Assembly: GCA_039811685.1 (NCBI GenBank)
Contig: JBDHZC010000002.1
Coordinates: forward strand, 645,651 to 709,650
DNA: 64,000 nucleotides
Direction: 5' to 3'
DNA from: Armatimonadota bacterium
Lineage (GTDB): Bacteria > Armatimonadota > UBA5829 > DSUL01
Shown here: positions 57,128 to 64,000 of the stretch, in pieces
Position numbering within the stretch: the first letter of the stretch is position 1
How the letters are laid out: every line of letters begins with the position of its first letter
The notes under the pieces: model-generated
Seen by the model: only the letters and a program-made list of their open reading frames with translations
The model's database searches: none
What the model was told of the DNA's origin: nothing
Program-made: the position numbers and the translations under genes

Positions 57128-59488
57128 CTAAGCGGCCTGTGGCAACAGCTCTTCGGCGGCCGGCAATTCTACGACTTCACCCGTCTCGTTCAGCTCATTC
57201 AGCAGGCGCTGCGCATTGGGCAGAGAGCTGAGGTCGAGATCGGTCTCGTTCATCAGGCGCAGGAACACTTTCACAAGTGCGGGGTCAAAGTGGCTTCCGG
57301 CATGCTCGCAGATGTACTCCACCGCCTTCTCACGTGGCCATCCGTCGCGGTACGGCCGGTCAGAAATCAGGGCGTCGTATACGTCGGCAATGGCAAAAAT
57401 CCGGGCCGCAAGGGGGATATCCTGTCCTTTGAGGCCGCGAGGATAGCCGGAGCCGTCCCACTTCTCGTGGTGACAGTAGGGGATATCCAGCGCAGGGCGC
57501 AGATACTCTACTGGGGAGAGCATATCCAGCGCTTTTGCGGTGTGGCTGCGCATGGTCACCCACTCTTCGTCTGTAAGCCGCCCGGGCTTGTGTAAAATAG
57601 CGTCCGGCACGCCCATCTTCCCGATGTCGTGCAGCAGAGCGCCGTGCTTGATGTGAATCAGGTTCTCTTCAGGGATTCCCACCAACTGAGCCATGCGCAG
57701 CGTTGTGGCGGTGACCCGTTCCGAGTGTCCCTGCGTCTCGCGGTCGCGCATGTCCAGAGCTCTGGACCAGCCTTCGATGGTCGCCTGGTAGGCAGAGCTG
57801 AGTTCTGCATTCGCCCGCTGAAGATCGTTGAGCAGCCCGGCGTTGTCAATGGCTATCGCGAGCTGTCCGGAGAGAATCTCAAGATAGTCCAGCCACTCTT
57901 GATCCGGTGTGAAAGCCTCGCGGTGAAACACTTCCAGGACACCCTTGACCTCGTCCTTTACGATGAGCGGCTTTGCGTAGTAGAAGACGAATTTCTCGCG
58001 TCCAAGCACAGGGTTGCATTTGCGGATGCCGCGTTTGCGGCTGAGATCCGGCTCGTGCACGCTCTCCTGAGTCTGCGCGCAGGCGCCGGACAAGCCCTCT
58101 CCCGGAGGCATACAGACGCGGATAGGTCCTTTACCCTTGAAGCCGTCCCATGCGACGTAGTGCAGAGAGTTGCTCTGCGGATGGCGGCGCAGAACGGCAG
58201 CCGAGTGGACACCGAGCTGGTCGGTGACGTGCTTGAGGCAGATGCTGACCATAAGGCGCAAATCCATAGTGCTTGCTATGGCCAGGTCTATATCGCGAAG
58301 GGCGCTCAACCGCTCCAGCCTGCGGCGTAGCTGCTCGTTGAGCTGCAAAATGCGCTCTTCGGCTCGTGTGCGCTCCTGCACCTCCTGCTCCAGTTCAGAA
58401 TTGGCGGTGTGGAGCTGCGCTGTGCGCATAAGGACGCGATATTCCAGCTCTGAGTTCAGCTCCCCGATCTGCTCTTCGGCTTTGCGGCGCTCCTCGACCT
58501 CAGCTCTCAGCTCTCCCTGCTGTTCAAAGAAGCTCCGGACCATCCGCGCAAGATCTCCGAACTCCGTCGCCTCTCGCACCAGCGGACCGAGAGGCTCCGG
58601 CGTCTCCGCTTCCATGCTGTCGCACAGGCTTTGGAGTGGCCGGCTGACCCACTTTACCAGCGCCAGACTGAGAAAGACAATGATAACAACACAGAAGATG
58701 CTCAGTGCCGTCACAATTCGCTGGCGGTACTGTTTCTGCATGAGCAGAACAGGACTGTTGCTGACAAGGCGCAGAACGGCAACGGGTTTGGCGTCCCAGC
58801 CAGCTAACGGCTGGTCAATGAAGATTGTGTGTGAGTGATTGCGAACAGAGGCTGGCAGTGAACTCCGGGCGTTCGCAGGTACGAGGGATATGGAAGACTC
58901 CGTCAGCACTCCCAGCTCTTTGAGATAGTCTTCCGACCAGATCCGGCCGACGAAGAAGTAACCGAATTTTGGCCCTGTACGCTGGTAGTCTCTGGATTTG
59001 TGGATTTCCGCGCCACGAATCTCCAGGACTCCGGCTGGTGAGTCTGTGTAGAAGTGACAGAACGGCGATTTCTCAAAGAGCTTCCCAAGAATGGCAGGTT
59101 GAACGGGATCTTTTGTGAGACGAGAGTCTCGTCCATCGTCTACGCCGTAGACCAACTGGCCGTTCTTGTTGTAGACCCAGCAGCCCGTGGCCTTGAAAGT
59201 GGAGAGGGAGGTATCAAGATTGGCTTTGGCCCAGCTCCGCCCGCCACGCTGGGCAAACTGGGAGAGCGCATCGGAAAAGCTGTAGTCGAAGGCGAGGTTG
59301 TCAATCGAGCGCCCATTGAGGTTCAGAATACGCCGGATGAGGCGCTGCTTGTCGGCGGCAGTCCGCTGATATACGCGCGCTTCCTGGCGCGCCGCAACAG
59401 CGTGATAGATCAAAAATCCCCCAAGCGCGGCTACAGCAACAGTGCTTAGCAGGAGCGTTATTCTTGCTCGAATGGAATTGGTGAACAC
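57128..59488 (-). CDS. Membrane CHASE4-HAMP-GAF-HD-GYP cyclic dinucleotide phosphodiesterase
   Basis: Two TM segments around a CHASE4-like domain; GAF; GHSERV, LHDIGK, HHEKWDGSGYP. Confidence 0.93.
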   Translation of the reverse strand: MFTNSIRARITLLLSTVAVAALGGFLIYHAVAARQEARVYQRTAADKQRLIRRILNLNGRSIDNLAFDYSFSDALSQFAQRGGRSWAKANLDTSLSTFKATGCWVYNKNGQLVYGVDDGRDSRLTKDPVQPAILGKLFEKSPFCHFYTDSPAGVLEIRGAEIHKSRDYQRTGPKFGYFFVGRIWSEDYLKELGVLTESSISLVPANARSSLPASVRNHSHTIFIDQPLAGWDAKPVAVLRLVSNSPVLLMQKQYRQRIVTALSIFCVVIIVFLSLALVKWVSRPLQSLCDSMEAETPEPLGPLVREATEFGDLARMVRSFFEQQGELRAEVEERRKAEEQIGELNSELEYRVLMRTAQLHTANSELEQEVQERTRAEERILQLNEQLRRRLERLSALRDIDLAIASTMDLRLMVSICLKHVTDQLGVHSAAVLRRHPQSNSLHYVAWDGFKGKGPIRVCMPPGEGLSGACAQTQESVHEPDLSRKRGIRKCNPVLGREKFVFYYAKPLIVKDEVKGVLEVFHREAFTPDQEWLDYLEILSGQLAIAIDNAGLLNDLQRANAELSSAYQATIEGWSRALDMRDRETQGHSERVTATTLRMAQLVGIPEENLIHIKHGALLHDIGKMGVPDAILHKPGRLTDEEWVTMRSHTAKALDMLSPVEYLRPALDIPYCHHEKWDGSGYPRGLKGQDIPLAARIFAIADVYDALISDRPYRDGWPREKAVEYICEHAGSHFDPALVKVFLRLMNETDLDLSSLPNAQRLLNELNETGEVVELPAAEELLPQAA

Positions 59489-59563
59489 TCAGTTTGCTCC
59501 AGAGTCTCTCGTGGTCCAACTACAGGCGCATGAAATACCTTTCCAGAAGAACGGCCTGTATAC

Positions 59564-59579
59564 TTAAGAAAAAGTTAAG
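59564..59579. promoter_or_regulatory. TTAAG-N6-TTAAG direct repeat, possible OmpR/PhoB-family site
   Basis: 11-bp period repeat upstream of the HD-GYP gene. Confidence 0.35.
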
Positions 59580-59605
59580 GTTGTACTGTTTGTGGACCAC
59601 AATGA

Positions 59606-62600
59606 TCACGCAGCTCTGGCTAACTCGTCCGGCGGCTCCTCTGGCGACAAAAGACTCTCAAGTACACTGCCAAGGGCGTCTTTCTGGATTGGCTTGGTCA
59701 GAAAGCCATTCATGCCGGCCTTCAGGCAGCGTTCTCTGTCTTCCTGGATGGCGTGGGCTGTAATGGCGACGATGGGAATGCTGCGCACGCGCTCGTCTGA
59801 GTGCGCTCGAATGGCGGCGGTGGCTTCAAATCCGTCCATCTCGGGCATCTGCAAATCCATCAACACAAGCCGGTACGTGTGATTTTCAAGAGCGTGCACT
59901 GCGTGTGCCCCGTCGTTGATGGCGTCTGCGTCGTACCCGAGCGATCTCAACGTCTTCAGTGCAACGGTCTGGTTTACGGGGTTATCATCCACAACAAGCA
60001 GCTTTTCGGATGGCCCGCGGGGCGCTTCCGCCGCCGGCTCTGGTTTCGGCTGGGCAGGAGCGGCCGCATCTGCGCTGGCAGCGCAATGATCGTGTCCGAA
60101 CATCAGGCAGTCGGCAAGAGCCCGGTATTTCACGGGCTTGGTGAGGGTTGCGGACACACCCGCGGCGTCCAGCTCTTCTCGCGCGGGCGCCGATCCCAGA
60201 GTGCACAGCAGAATTGTTTTGCACTCTCGGAGTGCGGCGCGATTCTGGCAGGACTGCGCAAACTGAAGTCCCGTGCGCTCTCCCAGCTTTGCGTCAATGA
60301 GCGCGACGTCCCAGCGCAGCTTGTCAGCTTCCGCGCGGTCAAGAGCGGCTATGGCTTCTTGGACTGACGAGGTGGCCACAGCGCTGCAGCGCCACTGTTC
60401 AAGCCGGGATACGAGGATTGCGCGTAGAGAGTCGTTTGGCTCAACAATAAGGGCGCGCAGAGATTCCGGTTGCCGTTGAGGCTCGCTCTGCGCCGCTGGC
60501 TGCTTCTCCAGACTCAGTGTGAACCAGAAAACGGAGCCCTTCCCGACTTCGCTGTCCAATCCGATCTCGCCGTTCATCAGGTCCACGAGACGTTTGCTGA
60601 TGGCCAGTCCGAGCCCGGTGCCGCCGTAGTGGCGCGTGGTGGAGCTTTCGGCCTGAGAGAAGGACTGGAACAGCCGCCCGTGGGCCTCCTTTGGAATACC
60701 GATGCCGGTATCGCTCACAGAAATCTTGAAGCGTGCATGGGTGCTGTTCTCCTCCAGCAACTCGACGCTGACGATCACCTCTCCCTGCTTCGTAAACTTG
60801 ATGGCGTTCCCGCACAGGTTGGTGACAATCTGGCGCAGCCGCACCGGGTCTCCCTGGAGGAGCCGAGGTGCAGTGGGTGAGATATCCAGCGCAAACTCAA
60901 GACCCTTCTCACACGCTTTGATGGCCAGTGCGTCCAGGGTCTCCTCGAGTGTAAGCGTCAGGTCGAACTCCGTATGCTCCAGCTCCACCTTACCCGCCTC
61001 AATTTTGGAGAAGTCCAGGATGTCGGAAATGAGTGTGAGAAGGTTGTTGGCGCTGCTCTTTATGATCTCTGTAAACTCTTTTTGATCGGAGTCGAGCTCT
61101 GTTTCGAGCAATAGTCCGCTCATTCCGATGATTCCGTTCATCGGAGTTCGAATTTCGTGGCTCATGCTGGCGAGGAAGTCGGATTTCATCCGGGTAGCTT
61201 CAAGGGCTGTGTCGCGCGCCTGTTTGAGTTCTCTGGCCTGCTGTTTGAGGCGGCGGGCATGTTTTTCAAGGTCGCGTCTTGCGGCGACGAGCTGAACAGT
61301 GTAGAGCTGCAGTTCCTGTTCAGCAAGCTTGCGTGATGTGATATTTCTGAACAACACGGCGACCGCTACGGCTTCTCCCTGCGCATTGAGAACGGCAGAG
61401 ACAGTGGACTCCATCCAGACTTTGCCGCCGTCCAGAGTGAAGCAGTTCTCAAGGAACACCCGTTCTCCCGTCTTGACGGCGCGATCTGTGGCTTCCAGCC
61501 AAGCTTCGAGCAGCTCTGGAATGTCCTGCAGGCCCTCTCTCAGGTCGTTACCAATCAGCGTATAGGCCTTGCGTTTGAGCTCTTGTTCGCAGGCCGTATT
61601 GACGTACAGGCAGAGATAGTCGCTGTCCCATACAAGGATGCACTCCGAGGCGGCGTCGAAGATAGTGCGGAAGCGCTGTTCACTTCCGCGCAGGGCTTCC
61701 TGCGTCAGTACGGTATCCGTGATGTCCAGACTGTAAATCCGCATCAGTTGCTGGTCATCAATCCACAGAATGGTCTGGTGGTAGATTCGCTCGTCGAACT
61801 CAATATCCCGGCTGTGCGTGGAACGATCACCGCTGCGCATTTGCTGTCTGAGCATATCAAGCCCCTGTAGTGTGGGATGCTCAATGCCGGAGGCCGCAAT
61901 CCCCGGGAATGCAGACTCGGACGCAGGATTGCAGTAGGTCAGTTTGAAGTTACTGTCCATCTCCACGGTTGGCAGCGGATTGAGATCGGGGAAGGAGGCC
62001 AGCCACCTCAGCTTTTCGACAGCCTCCTCCACTTGCGTAGTCTCTATTGAGATTCCACCGACCCCTTCGATACTTCCATCAGCGCGTAGCAGCGGAAAAT
62101 TGACTGTGTGAAAGTAGCGCTCTTCGCCTTTGAAGTGAGTCTGTTGCCTGCTGACCGCTGATATTCCCGTAACAACAATCGTGGCGTCCGCCTCGGCGAG
62201 GTGTTCCGCAGTTTCCCGCGGAAATAGCTCGGCAACTTTTCGCCCAATGGCCTCGCTACTGCTGATTCCAGTGCCCTCCTCCCATGCTCGGTTCACCAGT
62301 AGGTAGCGCATGTCGGGATCCAGAACATAGACCGGCGACGGAGCGTGGTCGAGGAGCTGTCTGGTAAACTCCTGCAGGTCGAACCCTAGCTGCGGATCTG
62401 GTTGCGCGGAGACTGAGATGCCCTTCAGAATAGCAACGGACACACCGGCAAAGACAGCCGCTCCAGTCAGACCGGCAAGAATTCCCAAGAACGGGCTTTG
62501 TGGCAGGAAACGGTTAAGCAGCGTGTGAAGGACAAACAGGAGCGCTGCAACCGCGAGAGCGCCTGGGATCAGCCGTCTGACTACTTGGGCGTGTGATGTT

Positions 62601-62635
62601 GAGTTGTGCCGGGAAGAGTTTTGTTGTTCTGTCAT
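59606..62635 (-). CDS. PAS-domain hybrid sensor histidine kinase with two receiver domains
   Basis: Two TM segments, three PAS-like domains, [46 protein letters not shown]. Confidence 0.95.
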   Translation of the reverse strand: MTEQQNSSRHNSTSHAQVVRRLIPGALAVAALLFVLHTLLNRFLPQSPFLGILAGLTGAAVFAGVSVAILKGISVSAQPDPQLGFDLQEFTRQLLDHAPSPVYVLDPDMRYLLVNRAWEEGTGISSSEAIGRKVAELFPRETAEHLAEADATIVVTGISAVSRQQTHFKGEERYFHTVNFPLLRADGSIEGVGGISIETTQVEEAVEKLRWLASFPDLNPLPTVEMDSNFKLTYCNPASESAFPGIAASGIEHPTLQGLDMLRQQMRSGDRSTHSRDIEFDERIYHQTILWIDDQQLMRIYSLDITDTVLTQEALRGSEQRFRTIFDAASECILVWDSDYLCLYVNTACEQELKRKAYTLIGNDLREGLQDIPELLEAWLEATDRAVKTGERVFLENCFTLDGGKVWMESTVSAVLNAQGEAVAVAVLFRNITSRKLAEQELQLYTVQLVAARRDLEKHARRLKQQARELKQARDTALEATRMKSDFLASMSHEIRTPMNGIIGMSGLLLETELDSDQKEFTEIIKSSANNLLTLISDILDFSKIEAGKVELEHTEFDLTLTLEETLDALAIKACEKGLEFALDISPTAPRLLQGDPVRLRQIVTNLCGNAIKFTKQGEVIVSVELLEENSTHARFKISVSDTGIGIPKEAHGRLFQSFSQAESSTTRHYGGTGLGLAISKRLVDLMNGEIGLDSEVGKGSVFWFTLSLEKQPAAQSEPQRQPESLRALIVEPNDSLRAILVSRLEQWRCSAVATSSVQEAIAALDRAEADKLRWDVALIDAKLGERTGLQFAQSCQNRAALRECKTILLCTLGSAPAREELDAAGVSATLTKPVKYRALADCLMFGHDHCAASADAAAPAQPKPEPAAEAPRGPSEKLLVVDDNPVNQTVALKTLRSLGYDADAINDGAHAVHALENHTYRLVLMDLQMPEMDGFEATAAIRAHSDERVRSIPIVAITAHAIQEDRERCLKAGMNGFLTKPIQKDALGSVLESLLSPEEPPDELARAA

Positions 62636-62956
62636 TCTGTGCGTCTTGATGAGCTCTGGTAATGCAAGATTGAGTGAGCAGGACAAAGCTGTCTCTAAGG
62701 CCGCCTGCGCGAGTGACCAGGCAGACGGCGCCTCGTTGGATTACTGACGCCGCGGTAGCAGTCCATTGTTTTATCGGCAGCAACGCGAATTGACAAGAGA
62801 CGGGACCTGGCGTGTGGCCAGAGGAAGCGGGCGTCCCTGAGCGCTGGCGACGGCAGGTGGGCGGACCGTCCCGTCCGGGATACACAGCGAAACAGGGGCA
62901 GGCGCAGCGACGGCGTTGAAAGTCTGTCGAGGGTTGTTTGTAGAAAGCAGGATTTT

Positions 62957-63769
62957 ATGGATATCGGTGTGATCAATCCGCTTCGAAATGGCGGCAAGTG
63001 CTTTGACCACGTATCGCAGTTCGGGCTCAACGTCTGTCAACTCAGCATCTGGAACTCAGAAGGGCTGACACAGGAGCTGGCCGAGGTAGTGAAGCGAGAG
63101 TCAGAAGCGGCGGGCGTGCGGATTTGCGCTGTGTGGGCGGGTTGGCCCGGTCCGGCCAAATGGAACTTCACCGAAGGGCCGGTTACGCTTGGTCTGGTTC
63201 CTCCGCAGTACCGTGAAGAGCGCATGAAAGCCCTGAAAACCGAAGCTGATTTTGCCCAGATGCTGGGCGTTCCAGCAATTATCACCCACTGCGGGTTTAT
63301 CCCTGAAAACCTGACGGATCCAGAGTATCCGGTCGTTGTGGCGTTGATACGGGAGATCGCCACGTACTGTCAGGAGCGTGGACTGGGCTTCTGGTTTGAG
63401 ACCGGACAGGAGACTCCGGTGACACTTCTGCGCACCATTGACGAGATCGGCACAGATAACCTCGGCATCAATCTGGACCCGGCCAACCTCATCCTCTACG
63501 GCAAGGGCAACCCGATAGATTCCCTTGAAGTGTTCGGGCAGTACGTGCGCAATATCCATGTGAAGGATGGGCTGTACCCCACTGACGGAATGAAGCTGGG
63601 CCGGGAAGTGGCTGTTGGAGAGGGGAAAGTGGAGTTTCCGCGCTTCCTGCAGCGACTGAAAGAGATTGGCTACGACGGAGAGCTGGTCATCGAGCGTGAG
63701 ATCTCGGGCGAGCAGCAGATCAAGGATATCCGCAAGACGGTTGACGATCTGCGGAGGTGGCTGGCGTGA
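62957..63769 (+). CDS. Sugar phosphate isomerase/epimerase (xylose isomerase-like TIM barrel)
   Basis: FETGQE, NLDPANL, IHVKDG, LVIEREI. Confidence 0.92.
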   Translation: MDIGVINPLRNGGKCFDHVSQFGLNVCQLSIWNSEGLTQELAEVVKRESEAAGVRICAVWAGWPGPAKWNFTEGPVTLGLVPPQYREERMKALKTEADFAQMLGVPAIITHCGFIPENLTDPEYPVVVALIREIATYCQERGLGFWFETGQETPVTLLRTIDEIGTDNLGINLDPANLILYGKGNPIDSLEVFGQYVRNIHVKDGLYPTDGMKLGREVAVGEGKVEFPRFLQRLKEIGYDGELVIEREISGEQQIKDIRKTVDDLRRWLA

Positions 63770-63794
63770 GCGCGTTTGCAGACCGTACCGTACA

Positions 63795-64000
63795 GCCGGC
63801 GGTTGAAACCGCGCCTGTTCGAACGAAGTCTCCCTTCGGAGACTTTGGTTGTGGAGTCTGCGGAGGCAGGCTTTGTGGTGTAGGCGCGAATTAATTCGCT
63901 GGCGGTGCCGGTGTGTGGGAGTGGCCGGCGGTTGAAACCGCGCCTGTTCGAACGAAGTCTCCCTTCGGAGACTTTGGTTGTGGAGTCTGCGGAGGCAGGC
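63795..64000. repeat. Tandem REP-like palindromic repeats (77 bp identical, 129 bp period; second copy cut by the window end)
   Basis: Copies at 63795-63871 and 63924-64000 contain GCGGTTGAAACCGC, AAGTCTCC-CTTC-GGAGACTT and GTCTGC-GGAG-GCAGGC; GCGAATTAATTCGC lies between them. Confidence 0.85.

Noticed and set aside
63795..64000. CRISPR array
   Set aside because: 77-bp identical multi-hairpin units do not fit repeat-spacer geometry; no CRISPR array was seen anywhere in the window

Overview
GC-rich bacterial chromosome segment. PEP-CTERM, prepilin/H-X9-DG and STN-like secreted proteins suggest Armatimonadota, but this is inference. The left end (1-12.4 kb) is an accessory/defence region downstream of an initiator tRNA-Met. 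It holds a truncated type I-C-like cas3 that the ORF track missed, then a tightly coupled five-gene operon (unknown protein, degenerate DUF2791/BrxD-like ATPase, intact DUF2791/BrxD-like ATPase, small unknown protein, SNF2 helicase fused to an Mrr-type nuclease), then arsR-arsM and a 31-aa repeat protein. The five-gene operon is the best candidate for an undescribed system. The middle is mostly housekeeping: WYL and LuxR regulators, Lrp plus aminotransferase, accB-hom-thrC-purC-apgM, flgIJMNKL-fliW-csrA, dnaE, a probable oriC with no adjacent dnaA/dnaN, and recF-dciA. It also contains an odd anti-sigma zinc finger/PilB-N2 fusion and several candidate structured RNAs. The right end has tmRNA followed by a small accessory cluster (nucleotidyltransferase pair, OsmC, GmrSD-like DUF262 nuclease), an HD-GYP protein, a hybrid histidine kinase and REP-like repeats. 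All calls come from reading motifs by eye; no searches were run.
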